Of a DNA stretch of 57,716 nt, positions 32,357-41,897 are shown one piece after another; the first letter of the stretch is position 1, and every line of letters starts with the position of its first letter. Made by a program: the position numbers and the translations under genes. The notes beneath the pieces are model-generated. The model ran no database searches. It was not told the origin of the DNA and worked only from the letters and a program-made list of their open reading frames with translations. The stretch is from a virus: the IMG/VR virus record IMGVR_UViG_3300044759_000129, positions 1-57,716 of that record, one strand, 5' to 3'.

Positions 32357-32404
32357 ACGAAAAAGCGCCTTCCCCATCCCCGGCCGGGATAGAAGAAGGC
32401 GCTT
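32357..32404 (-). terminator. Rho-independent terminator/attenuator upstream of the scaffold gene
   Basis: On the minus strand: AAGCGCCTTC, a 22-nt loop, GAAGGCGCTT, then TTTCGTT. Confidence 0.55.
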
Positions 32405-32442
32405 CGCCGCTTGCCGTTGAAATTGTTGGTGTTAGTTTACAC

Positions 32443-32646
32443 CTATACTCTCACGTTCCGTTTGAGACGGGACAGCTCCCGGCGGCCGACGTCGAAGAGG
32501 ACGTAGTTCCCATCACGGAGGCGGCGCACTTCCACGACACACAGCATCCCGCTCTGGCTCCGCAGGTGGGTAATGATGTCGTCCACCATCATGCGCTCGG
32601 TGGCGGTCAGGTGCTCGCCCCAGACCCGTGGCTCGGCCGTCCTCAC
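32443..32646 (-). CDS. Hypothetical small protein (67 aa)
   Basis: The GTG at 32646 overlaps the stop of the giant gene (GTGA). Confidence 0.45.
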   Translation of the reverse strand: MRTAEPRVWGEHLTATERMMVDDIITHLRSQSGMLCVVEVRRLRDGNYVLFDVGRRELSRLKRNVRV

Positions 32647-35600
32647 TCGCCGCCCCCGCCCAGCCGCTCGCGGCGCGTCCGCTGAAACTCCCGTCGCTCG
32701 CGGCTTCCCTCGCCGCGCTCCTCCCGCCGGGTATTCGCCCACTCGCCGTACGGGTCGGTTTCCTCATACTGGTCCCGCATGCGCTCCTGCGCCGGGGTCA
32801 GGGGCTCGCCCTTCCGCCACCGCTCGTAGTTCCGCGTGATCTGCTGCTCCAGCTCGACCGACTCCACCGCCTTACCGGTCTGGACATTCATCCAGCGCCA
32901 GGGCTGGCCGGGCTCACGGCGCATGGGCAATTCCAGCCGCGCTTTCTCCCCTTCCCGTTGCGTCTCCCGCATCTTGTTGATACGGTCGATGCGGGCAGCC
33001 GGCCCCAGCCGCTCCCACTCCGGGGTGCCGAGCTGACTGGCCAGCCAGACCCGGAACAGCTCACCAGACTCCTGCTGGAAGGCGCGGAACGCCTCGCGCG
33101 GGATCCGATTCGGCTCGACCCCTTGCGGCAGCCGGTCCTCCGGGAAGCCGGGCTGCGGGCCCCGCACCCGATTGGCATCGGCCCACTGCTGCAGCTTCGC
33201 CAGCTCGATCTCGGCCGGGTCCGTCGTCTCGGCCGAGGGACGGGTGATGTCCAATGCCCGCAGCCCACGCTGTCCCTCCGGACGCTGGACTTCCTGGCCA
33301 ACCGCATTCAGCTTGGCCGGGACCCGACCCGTCAAGCCCGGGATACTGGCGAGCACCCCCTCGACGGGACCTTCCGGGTCACGGATCACCTGGTCGCTGG
33401 CACGCGCCAGGAAGCGCAGGAACGCACTGGCCGGGAGCAGCATGGAGGGCGGCGTGCGCTCGGCATAGTCCTGGAATGCCTTCGGCCACTGGTCGGCGGG
33501 GCGCTCGAGGATGTTGAGCACGTCGGCCAGGCCCTGCGTAAATGGTTGATCGAGCACGCTGCGCGCCAACCCGAGCACCCAGATCCCCAGCAGCTCCTGC
33601 GCCTCCTGGGTCTGGCCCTTCTGCGCCAGATCGGCAGCAGTCGCGGCCCCCGCCAGGAGGGCGGAGAAGGGCTGCGCCCACTGATAACTGTGCCACTCGT
33701 CCCCGACCTTGATGCTGTAGGGCTGCTTCCCCTGCCGATAGAAGGCGTCCCGCTCCGCATCGTTGCGTGGCGGCGCCCCGGTAATCAGCCCCTGCTCTGC
33801 CATGCCCTTGACCCCGAGCAGGATGCCCGTACCGATCGAGAGCCGTCCCATATAGTCGGCGAACTCGCCCTGGGTCATCGTGCCGCGCGCCATGTCGATG
33901 ATCTTCGCTGGCAGCGTGGCCAGGGCCAGCGGGCTCCGCTCGGCCATGTATTTGGTCAGGTTCCACGGCGTCTGATGGAACGGCACGAGCACGCGCAGCC
34001 CGGGGCTCTGCTCCTTGAGCCGGGAGAAGCCCTCGACAAAGGTGCCCCCCTGCTGAAAGGTGTGATACTTCCCGGCCTCCATGGCACGGGCAATCATCTC
34101 CTCGGTCGGATTCGCCCGCAGGTCCGCGATGCGCTCGGCCAGCGCCTCCCCCGTCTTGCCTTCCATCTTTGCGATGCGGTACGCCTCGCCGTACAGCTCG
34201 GACATGCGCCCCATGGTGCTGTAGAACGCATCATTGGCGCGCAGCAGCCGACTGTGGATGTTGGGGACCAGGCCACGCACGTCATCCGGGATCTCTACGG
34301 GTCCCACCCGACCGGGCAGCCGCACCGGCTCCCGCAGCACCGCCCCCATGTCCTGACGCCCGACGATCTCCCCTTCGGTGAAGCCCTGCTTCAAGATGTG
34401 CAGCGCCTGCTTCGACGCATCCGGCAGCGCAGTCAGAGCGCCAATCAGCCGCTCCGGCACCTCACGCGCATAGCGCTCCTGCGGTGTACGCGTCACCACC
34501 GCTAGGGCCTTGCTGTACGGCGCCGCCGCCGCTGGCTCCACGATGCTCCCGGCCAGCGCCAGCCCCGAGGAGGCGAAGTCCCGGATCCGACCGACCGGAG
34601 AGGTCAGCAGATTGAAGTACAGATACCAGTTGAAGTAGTCCTTCGGGGTTGGACTGAAGAGCGCGCGGGCGGCGCCGGCCACGGCGTGGGGATCCTCCAG
34701 GTCGATGTCACGGAGCAGGCGGGCCAGGTCGTCGGTCTTGCCGGCTTTGCCCGCCATGCGGGTCAGCTCGTCCAGACGGCGAACGACCACACCGGCCGGG
34801 TCCTCCCCCACCACGGGCTGGCGGAACTGGCGGAGCGCGCGGCCCGCTTCCGCCGTCACACCGGAGACCACCTCCTGGAGTCCGCGGAAGCGCAGCAGCT
34901 CCTCGCCGAGGCGGAGCATATCGCCGCTCGCGGCGGCCGGGTCGGCGGTCCGGAAGGCCTGCTGCGCCTCCTGCACGGCCCGCGCCTGGGTGCCGAGGGC
35001 TTCCCGCAGGGCCAGCGCGGTCTCGGCGTTGACCGCATCGCCCGGCTTCCAGCGATCGGCAACACGCTGCGCGTCGATGCCGGAGTAGCGAGAAAGATCA
35101 CGAACCACGTCGTCGGGAATCACGCCCCGGCGGGCTTCCTCGAAGAGCTGCGGGTTGGCGTCGTACTCACGGAGAATCTGCTGCTGGATCTCCTCGGGGT
35201 ACTTGCGGAGCAGGATGTTGCCGGCAAACTCGGGGACGTCCTCGGTCGGCATGGGGCCGAGACCGGCGCGGAACGGACGATTGGCCCCACCGAGGGTGTC
35301 GGCCAGGTCCTCGAACTGGCGCCCGGCCCGGCCAAGGGCGCGAGCGGCGCCGTAGCCACCGGCGGCCCCGAGCGCGGCCCGGGCCAGCCGCTCCTGCAGG
35401 GTGGTGTTCTCGTCGGTGCCGAGCTGGGAGGCCCCGGCCCCGGCGGCGGCGCTGCCGAGTTCAGCGGCGAAGCGCGGGTCGGCGCGGCCGTAGAGCGCAT
35501 GGCCCCGGGTGAGGGAGGACTCGCGCATCCGGGGGGTGATGTCCATGCTGTGGACGGCCTGGGTCACCTCCTGCCCGGTGAGCGGGTCGATGGCGGGCGC

Positions 35601-38600
35601 CAACCGGGTCTCGCCGGGCGTCGCGCCGAAGGCTTTGCCGATGCGGCGCGCGGTGTTGGTCAGGATGTTGTCGTAGAAGGAACGCATCCCGGTCTGGGCA
35701 CGCCATGCGCTCTCCTCGAGGTCGGGGATACCAGCCGGACCCGCACCCATGATCTCGTCCTCGACACCGGCGTAGTAGCGCTGGTACTGCTGGTCGCCGG
35801 TGGTCCAGGCAATGCGGTCGTAGCCGTTTTCCGACGCCCAGCGCACCATGCGGTTCATGGCGAGGTCCGGCCACGACTTCGAGAAGGGGGCGGCGGGCAC
35901 AGCACCGGTGGGACGAAACTGCGCCGGCGTACGCTGGGACGGATCGAGCGGATCGAAGTAGCCGCTCTGGCGGCCGGCCTGGTGCCAGTCGCTCTGGATC
36001 TCCTCGATCATGAGCACCTTCGCACCGTCCTGCGCGGTGTGGTCCGAGAAGCGGACGTGGGCGAGGATGTTCTCCTGCGGGTAGTGCGGCGAGGTGTAGA
36101 CGTCCGGGCCGACGTCTGGCGTGCGCAGCAGCAGCTCGCGGTAGTTCTGACCACCGGGGAGGCGGTAACTCTGGTACTCGTATGAGGGTTGGAAGTTGTA
36201 GGCAGTCTGTTGGGCCGCATCCTGTGCGGCCTCCAGGGAGGGATACAGATCCCGGGTACCACCGGGCGAACGAACCACGTACCCGGAGGGGACCTGATCT
36301 ATGTCGAACCGCTGCCCACCAGGGAGCTCGGCACTCCACGCGGCGTTGCCGCCATACTGCCCTCGGCCACCACGCCAGTCGAGCATGGCTGAACCACGCG
36401 GGTCCACCTCCTCAACGGTGACGGCGTTGTTGCGCAGGTACTCCAGCACGTCGTCCTTCTGCAGCGGCGCGCCCGTCTCCCGAGCCCGGTCGAGCAGGAC
36501 GTCCATGCCGCTCCAGCGGCGCTCGTCCTCTTTGACCGGGCTATTGCGCAGCAGGCCCTCGATCTGGTCAGGGGTGGCGCGCTCGGGCATGCGCTGCTGC
36601 AGGGTCTCCTCGAGCCGCGAGAAGTAGACCGGGACGGTGGGCTCGGCGGGTTGCGCGTGCGGGAAGCGCTCGGCGCGCTCGGGTAAACCCGGTGGGAGCA
36701 GGCCCGCAATGTCGGGCTGCGTGAGCTGACGAGGGGCCGGCGGGATATCGGGGACGCGAGGAGTCGGGGCCATCTGCGCCGCACGACCCAGCGCCCCCAG
36801 GCCACGCACGCCAGCGACGGCCCCTTCCCCAGCCAGACCCACCGCATTGGTCGGGTCAATTCCGAGGCCGATCACGTTTCGGGTCACACCGGCCGCAGCA
36901 CTCGGTGCTACCCCGTAGGCCAGCGCCGCGCTGGCGAGACCCGTCGCCAGCTCGCTGGCCCCGAAGGCGGGGTGGCGCTCCGCGGCCCGGAACCCGGTGT
37001 CCTCGCCACGAGACCCGGCGGCAGCGGCGTTGTAGGCATCGGCGGCCGCCAGGGTCCGCGGATCCTCATAGCCATAGTCCGTGATCGCCTGCTGGAGCGC
37101 GTTCCACTCGGCCTGTGTTTCGGAGGCGATGACGTCCTCGGCCATGCCCGCTCGCGCCGCACCCGTCAGGGGGCCAGCCGCCGCGCCGACGATCTCCCGC
37201 AGGTTGGTCTGGCCACCGGGGACGGGAACTTCCACACTCCCCAGATTCCAGGCCGCCTCGCCCACGGCATTTGCCGCACCGCCGAGCGTCTGGCCGGCCT
37301 GATCCCAGAAGGTTTGCGGCTCGGCCGGCCCCTGCAATTCACTGACGGCGTCCTCGGCCCACTGCCGGTACAGCGCTTCCTCGTTCTCCGGTACCTGCGG
37401 AGCCGGCGTCTCCCGGGTCGGCAGGTTCAGTCCCTGGAGAGCCTCCCGGGTGGCGGGGCCGGTGATGACCTCCCGATTCTCACTCGTGTTCCCCTCGAGG
37501 GTGGCGACGCTCGGGACGGGCGACGCCGGGTTGTCCAGGTAGAGCACGCCGTTGATGCCGCTCCCGGCCAGACGACGGCTCGCCTCGTTCATCTGGCCTA
37601 TCGTCATCCAGTCACTGCCCCCGTACCGGGAGACGACCGTGCCACTGGTTCCGACGTGGTAGCGGCCATCCCGATAGGCGTCGGCCACGAAGTAGTGGCC
37701 CGCCGAGGAGATGGTGACCGGGTTGCCGCCCTGGATGTCCCGAATGATGGGGGCCTCGTCGGGCCGCTCGCCGGTGACGACGACGCGGTTCGGGATGCCC
37801 ATGCGGTCGAGCAGCCGACCCTGGTTGGCGATGCCGTTCATGCCGCCACCGGGGGTCCAGTTCACCTGTTTCGCCAGGTCGAGGGCCTCCCGCAGGGTGG
37901 GGTTCCGCCCCATGGCGCGGGCAAAGGCGACCGCTGCCGCCGGACCGCACGCGGCCGCACTTTCGGATGCACTCAGCGTGCGGTCGGCGTACTGGTTGGG
38001 CACGAGGTCCGGGTTGCCGACGGTGCCGGGGGCGTTGACCGCCGGGATGGTGCCGCGCTCCTGGATCTCCTGCTGCGGCGCCGGCTCCGGGAAGACGAAG
38101 TCCTCGGGGACCTGTGGGCCAAGGGTCTCGGGCCATTGCTCGGGTGGCGGCGGGGCGGGTGGGCCGAGGATCTCCAACCCCTGCTGGGGCTGCGCCACCG
38201 GCTCGAAGTCCTCGGGCATGGGGGGGCCAATGAATGGCTCGGGCTCCGGCTCGGCGATGCCCTGGGCGCCGAAGTTGATGTCGGTCCCCCAGTCGCTGCC
38301 ACCGGCCTGCGCCATGACCGGGTAGCGCATGCCGCCAAACGTGACGTAGTCGCCCTCGTCATTCTGGGCGACGACGGGTGGCGGCGCCTCTGCGCGGGGC
38401 GGTGGCTCCGGGGTGCGGCCCTGAAGGATGCGGTCCAGGTAGGTCCGGGTCTCCTGGAAGGGACGGCCCGAGCGGAGGGCGTCTACTGCACGGGGGCCAC
38501 CGTTGTAGGCCGTGAGCGCCAGGCGGTAGTCGCCACCGTACTGGGTGAGCAGGTCCCGCATGTGGAAGGCAGCAGCGTCGAGGCCGTGCTGCGGGTCGGT

Positions 38601-39320
38601 CATGATGCGGTTGGCGTCGGTCTGATAGCCGGCCCGGTTCATCTGATTGGCTACGGCAGAAGCGGTGGATGGGATGAACTGGCCGATACCCGTGGCGCCA
38701 GCCGAGCTGCGGCGCTGGCCGGTGATGACGTCCTGGGACCAGCCCGATTCCTGGCCGATCTGGCGCAGAAAGACGTCGGGCTCGAGCCCGTGGCGGGTCG
38801 CCGTCTGCCAGGCATAGTCCTGCAGTGGGTTCAGGGCTGGCCGTGATGGAGGGATCGGCGCCGGCTCGGGTTCGGGCTGCCACTGCTGGACGGGCTCAGG
38901 TTTGGGCTGGTCGCGGTACTGCTCCCAGGCCTGCTGCTGCTCGCGCCAGTCATACGGCATGGTCTGGGTGGGCTGCGTGAGGGTGCCGCCGCTCCTGGCG
39001 TCGTAGATGCTGGGCGTGGGGGCCTGGTTCTGCCAGGAGGTCCAGCCGATGTTCTCGTACGGGGGCGGCGGCTCGGGCTGCCAGAGCTCGGGGGGCGGCG
39101 GTTCGTACGCGGCGGCGGCCTGGGCGGCGATCTCGGCCCGTTCGGCTTCGATCTCGTCCAGCCAGCGCTCGTATTCGCGCTGTTCGGCCTCGGCGGCGGC
39201 TTGGCGTTCCGCTTCCTCCTGCTGACGGCGTTCCTCTTCCTGCTTTTCCCATTCCTCGAACGAGCTATCGAACTCGTCAGCAGTCCACTCGGAATACAGG
39301 TCTTCTGGCACCAGGACCAT
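32643..39320 (-). CDS. Giant polyvalent virion protein (2225 aa): SLT lytic transglycosylase plus C39-like Cys peptidase plus large uncharacterised regions
   Basis: SLT motif RQIGQESGW...GATGIGQF...AYNGG. Peptidase motif AAACGPAAAVAF...AGHYFVADAY. Also IEEIQSDWHQAG. Confidence 0.85.
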   Translation of the reverse strand: MVLVPEDLYSEWTADEFDSSFEEWEKQEEERRQQEEAERQAAAEAEQREYERWLDEIEAERAEIAAQAAAAYEPPPPELWQPEPPPPYENIGWTSWQNQAPTPSIYDARSGGTLTQPTQTMPYDWREQQQAWEQYRDQPKPEPVQQWQPEPEPAPIPPSRPALNPLQDYAWQTATRHGLEPDVFLRQIGQESGWSQDVITGQRRSSAGATGIGQFIPSTASAVANQMNRAGYQTDANRIMTDPQHGLDAAAFHMRDLLTQYGGDYRLALTAYNGGPRAVDALRSGRPFQETRTYLDRILQGRTPEPPPRAEAPPPVVAQNDEGDYVTFGGMRYPVMAQAGGSDWGTDINFGAQGIAEPEPEPFIGPPMPEDFEPVAQPQQGLEILGPPAPPPPEQWPETLGPQVPEDFVFPEPAPQQEIQERGTIPAVNAPGTVGNPDLVPNQYADRTLSASESAAACGPAAAVAFARAMGRNPTLREALDLAKQVNWTPGGGMNGIANQGRLLDRMGIPNRVVVTGERPDEAPIIRDIQGGNPVTISSAGHYFVADAYRDGRYHVGTSGTVVSRYGGSDWMTIGQMNEASRRLAGSGINGVLYLDNPASPVPSVATLEGNTSENREVITGPATREALQGLNLPTRETPAPQVPENEEALYRQWAEDAVSELQGPAEPQTFWDQAGQTLGGAANAVGEAAWNLGSVEVPVPGGQTNLREIVGAAAGPLTGAARAGMAEDVIASETQAEWNALQQAITDYGYEDPRTLAAADAYNAAAAGSRGEDTGFRAAERHPAFGASELATGLASAALAYGVAPSAAAGVTRNVIGLGIDPTNAVGLAGEGAVAGVRGLGALGRAAQMAPTPRVPDIPPAPRQLTQPDIAGLLPPGLPERAERFPHAQPAEPTVPVYFSRLEETLQQRMPERATPDQIEGLLRNSPVKEDERRWSGMDVLLDRARETGAPLQKDDVLEYLRNNAVTVEEVDPRGSAMLDWRGGRGQYGGNAAWSAELPGGQRFDIDQVPSGYVVRSPGGTRDLYPSLEAAQDAAQQTAYNFQPSYEYQSYRLPGGQNYRELLLRTPDVGPDVYTSPHYPQENILAHVRFSDHTAQDGAKVLMIEEIQSDWHQAGRQSGYFDPLDPSQRTPAQFRPTGAVPAAPFSKSWPDLAMNRMVRWASENGYDRIAWTTGDQQYQRYYAGVEDEIMGAGPAGIPDLEESAWRAQTGMRSFYDNILTNTARRIGKAFGATPGETRLAPAIDPLTGQEVTQAVHSMDITPRMRESSLTRGHALYGRADPRFAAELGSAAAGAGASQLGTDENTTLQERLARAALGAAGGYGAARALGRAGRQFEDLADTLGGANRPFRAGLGPMPTEDVPEFAGNILLRKYPEEIQQQILREYDANPQLFEEARRGVIPDDVVRDLSRYSGIDAQRVADRWKPGDAVNAETALALREALGTQARAVQEAQQAFRTADPAAASGDMLRLGEELLRFRGLQEVVSGVTAEAGRALRQFRQPVVGEDPAGVVVRRLDELTRMAGKAGKTDDLARLLRDIDLEDPHAVAGAARALFSPTPKDYFNWYLYFNLLTSPVGRIRDFASSGLALAGSIVEPAAAAPYSKALAVVTRTPQERYAREVPERLIGALTALPDASKQALHILKQGFTEGEIVGRQDMGAVLREPVRLPGRVGPVEIPDDVRGLVPNIHSRLLRANDAFYSTMGRMSELYGEAYRIAKMEGKTGEALAERIADLRANPTEEMIARAMEAGKYHTFQQGGTFVEGFSRLKEQSPGLRVLVPFHQTPWNLTKYMAERSPLALATLPAKIIDMARGTMTQGEFADYMGRLSIGTGILLGVKGMAEQGLITGAPPRNDAERDAFYRQGKQPYSIKVGDEWHSYQWAQPFSALLAGAATAADLAQKGQTQEAQELLGIWVLGLARSVLDQPFTQGLADVLNILERPADQWPKAFQDYAERTPPSMLLPASAFLRFLARASDQVIRDPEGPVEGVLASIPGLTGRVPAKLNAVGQEVQRPEGQRGLRALDITRPSAETTDPAEIELAKLQQWADANRVRGPQPGFPEDRLPQGVEPNRIPREAFRAFQQESGELFRVWLASQLGTPEWERLGPAARIDRINKMRETQREGEKARLELPMRREPGQPWRWMNVQTGKAVESVELEQQITRNYERWRKGEPLTPAQERMRDQYEETDPYGEWANTRREERGEGSRERREFQRTRRERLGGGGE

Positions 39321-39323
39321 AGG

Positions 39324-39530
39324 CTAGTTCGCCTTCTTCTGCTGGCGCCGGGCGCGCTGCTGCTCCCGATACCGCTGCTCTACGACCAGCTCGGCCAGAC
39401 CGATGGAGTTCTGCGGCGTCATGACGATCTCGATACAGGGGGCGTCGGGGTCGATTGGGGCGTCCCGCAGCGCCCGGTACGCCCGCAGGAACTGCCGGTC
39501 GGTGAGCTTCCCCCAGCCCAGCGCAGTCAT
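39324..39530 (-). CDS. Hypothetical protein (68 aa)
   Basis: ORF track; ATGA coupling. Confidence 0.5.
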   Translation of the reverse strand: MTALGWGKLTDRQFLRAYRALRDAPIDPDAPCIEIVMTPQNSIGLAELVVEQRYREQQRARRQQKKAN

Positions 39531-39685
39531 GACTTCTTCTTCGGCTTGACCTTCTTCGGGAGGTCACGGGTCGGGTAGCCGGAGACGAACTCCTTGGCCT
39601 CCTTCTTGGAGAGACCCGGCGCCTTCGCCTTGCCCGCTGCGACCGACCGAAAGAACTTCGCCTGTTGTTGTGACTTCGGCGGCAC
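39527..39685 (-). CDS. Small basic DUF3008-like protein (52 aa)
   Basis: GAAGGAGAAG SD plus GTG at 39685. PKSQQQAKFFRSVAAGKAKAPGLSKKEAKEF. Confidence 0.5.
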   Translation of the reverse strand: MPPKSQQQAKFFRSVAAGKAKAPGLSKKEAKEFVSGYPTRDLPKKVKPKKKS

Positions 39686-39686
39686 G

Positions 39687-39977
39687 TTACTTCTCCTTCG
39701 GCGGGGGCTTCGGCATTTTCGTCGGCATGACGTGGACCGCCGATTCATCTCGTGGGACCCCGCGCGTGGTCCGCATCGGCGTGGTTCTCGGCTCGGCTGG
39801 TGTCGCCATGACCACCTCCTCAACCAGGAATGCTCCATATTGCTCCGGCATACCCGTCTCCGGAATCGGGTCCAACCCGACAAGCATCCGCGTCATGGGA
39901 GAAAGCGTATCGAGCGCGTCGTCGGCAACCTCGATGAGCTCCTCCCACCCAGGGCCAAGGGCAACGCAGATTTTCAT
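39687..39977 (-). CDS. Hypothetical protein (96 aa)
   Basis: AGGAAGAAG SD plus ATG at 39977. Confidence 0.5.
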   Translation of the reverse strand: MKICVALGPGWEELIEVADDALDTLSPMTRMLVGLDPIPETGMPEQYGAFLVEEVVMATPAEPRTTPMRTTRGVPRDESAVHVMPTKMPKPPPKEK

Positions 39978-40176
39978 GGGGCTTCTTCCTGAGCCGCATA
40001 GCAATTGTCAAACCTAGCAAATTTCATATAGGATGGGTGACGCGTAGTTTGCCTGCGTTGTCGATATGAAGTGGGGAGCATCAGTGGATCAGATAGTTGG
40101 TAGAGCGTCGGTCCACGTTCTACCATTTTCCACCATCCACATCTCTGTGATCCTGCCAGCAGTCCCGTCTCCTACA

Positions 40177-40425
40177 CTAAAGGCTGACCGAAGAAACGAG
40201 ACACTTCGGCTGATCGAAAACAGCACAGCTCAGACCCGTATCGTTTCGGCGCCACCGCCGACTCTCGCTTTTTAGCCCTGATTCCAGTCTGAGTCTGGAA
40301 GAAGAACGCTCTTTCTTTTTGGGCGTGGTCTTCCCCTTGACGGGCCGCGAGCTCAGCTTCCTGAGGGGGATGGGAAGCCCCTTCTTCACGGGCTCCTTCT
40401 GGTCGAAGGGGAACCGCTTCGGCAT
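40177..40425 (-). CDS. Lys/Pro-rich basic protein (82 aa; 3' extent uncertain)
   Basis: GGAGG SD. MPKRFPFDQKEPVKKGLPIPLRKLSSRPVKGKTTPKKKE. Confidence 0.45.
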   Translation of the reverse strand: MPKRFPFDQKEPVKKGLPIPLRKLSSRPVKGKTTPKKKERSSSRLRLESGLKSESRRWRRNDTGLSCAVFDQPKCLVSSVSL

Positions 40426-40434
40426 GGGGGCCTC

Positions 40435-40590
40435 CTACTTCTTGCGCGGGGTGACCTTCACCTTGACCAGGGCGGGCTTCACCGTGGTCAGCGGCTTGCC
40501 GGTGGCTTTGGCCGTGCGAGCGGCGGCCACGCGACCCGCCGGGGTATAGGGAAAGTGAGCTTTCTTGCTGCCGGTTCCAACAGTAGGCAT
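40435..40590 (-). CDS. Small basic protein (51 aa)
   Basis: AAGGAGGAA SD. MPTVGTGSKKAHFPYTPAGRVAAARTAKATGKPLTTVKPALVKVKVTPRKK. Confidence 0.5.
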   Translation of the reverse strand: MPTVGTGSKKAHFPYTPAGRVAAARTAKATGKPLTTVKPALVKVKVTPRKK

Positions 40591-40612
40591 GGGTTCCTCC
40601 TTCGCGTTGTAA

Positions 40613-41851
40613 TCAGTACCAGCTGGGGCCGGGGAACACCGTGTTGCCGTTATTGACGGCGCCCGAGATTTGATACGGATTCTGCGGGTTCGCGTTGAAG
40701 CGATCGTAGAGCTGCTGCTGGGTGGGGACGGGCTGGCCGGGGATGCCCGAGCCGAAGGCGCCGTAGAAGTCGGTCATGCTGGTGGCGACGGGACTGCGGC
40801 CCGCGCCAAATGCTTCCGGGCCGCCCCCCCACAAATGGCCCGCGATGGGGGAGACCGGTGGGGCTGGCGGGACCATGGCGGCATTCCGGGCGCCGGCCTC
40901 GGCGGCGCGGTCGATGGCGACCCACTGCCCGGTCTGGGCGTTCCACCAGTGGTTGCCGGGCGCGCCGGGTTCCGGCGTGGTCGGGGTGGGCGAGGGGGCG
41001 GCGGCCACGGCTGGTGGCGGCGGGGGTGCGGGGGCCGCGACGGGCGCGGGTTGGGGCACCCCGACCCCGACGTTGTCATTCCCGTACGGGGTGCCTCGAA
41101 ATGGCACCGCGCCCGTCTCGGGGCGGTAGCGCGTGTCCACCGGACGGGTGCCGACGGCTGGGCCATACCCGGGCTGCGGTGCGGGCTGCTGGCGCTGCTG
41201 CTCCATCTGGTGCTGGCGCATGGCATCTCGGCCACCACGGCGAGACACCACTTCATCGAAGAGTCGTTGTGCTCCAGCGCGGTCGCCGTTGCCGATCAGC
41301 ACATTGATCCGATCCTGCGCGTCATCCCGCCCGGTCTGCGGGTTCATACCGAAGTTAGGATCGATGACGGGCTGATTGGCGGGGCCACCCTGCGGCTGTG
41401 GCGCACGGGCCTGCAACCGCTGCTGGAGGCTGCCCAGCAGGGACCGTGGCATGGGGCCGAAGCCCGGCACGTCCACCATGTCGGCAGCGGTGACGCCACC
41501 AGCAGCAGCGGGCCGTTGGAAGGCCGCGTTCGGGTTGGCGTTCGCATAGGCGGGGCCGGCCGGCTGGCCATAGGTGAAGGACGGCTCGATGCGTGCGGTT
41601 GCCGTCGCCGGGTTGAGCTGCTGACGGAGTTGGGCCTGCTGCGCCTGGACCGGTGGCATGGGGGGCCGGGCCATGGCAGTGGGTGCCCGCTGGAAGGACG
41701 CGTTGGGGTTAGCACTCGCATACGCCTGCTGGGCTGGCGCCCGAGGTGGGGCGGGTGGCGGCATGGGCGGACGGCGGCCGTAGGTGCGGCCGGACGCGGT
41801 GGACACCTGCCCGCTGGCATTGGCCACATCGGCGAAGCGCGTTGGTGGCAT
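40613..41851 (-). CDS. Pro/Gln/Ala-rich low-complexity virion protein (412 aa)
   Basis: ORF track; GGAGGG SD. Shares the PYGNDNVG motif with the 1384-aa protein. Confidence 0.65.
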   Translation of the reverse strand: MPPTRFADVANASGQVSTASGRTYGRRPPMPPPAPPRAPAQQAYASANPNASFQRAPTAMARPPMPPVQAQQAQLRQQLNPATATARIEPSFTYGQPAGPAYANANPNAAFQRPAAAGGVTAADMVDVPGFGPMPRSLLGSLQQRLQARAPQPQGGPANQPVIDPNFGMNPQTGRDDAQDRINVLIGNGDRAGAQRLFDEVVSRRGGRDAMRQHQMEQQRQQPAPQPGYGPAVGTRPVDTRYRPETGAVPFRGTPYGNDNVGVGVPQPAPVAAPAPPPPPAVAAAPSPTPTTPEPGAPGNHWWNAQTGQWVAIDRAAEAGARNAAMVPPAPPVSPIAGHLWGGGPEAFGAGRSPVATSMTDFYGAFGSGIPGQPVPTQQQLYDRFNANPQNPYQISGAVNNGNTVFPGPSWY

Positions 41852-41897
41852 CAGTTACCCTCCATGGATACGGCTTCTTCCTTTAGAAGAACCCTAC

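Noticed and set aside
40073-40172. A tRNA gene, suggested by the D-loop-like AGTTGGTAGAGCG at about 40094..40106
   Set aside because: On neither strand could I build an acceptor stem, an anticodon arm or a GTTCRAnnC T-loop. The D-stem partner of GAGC is also missing.
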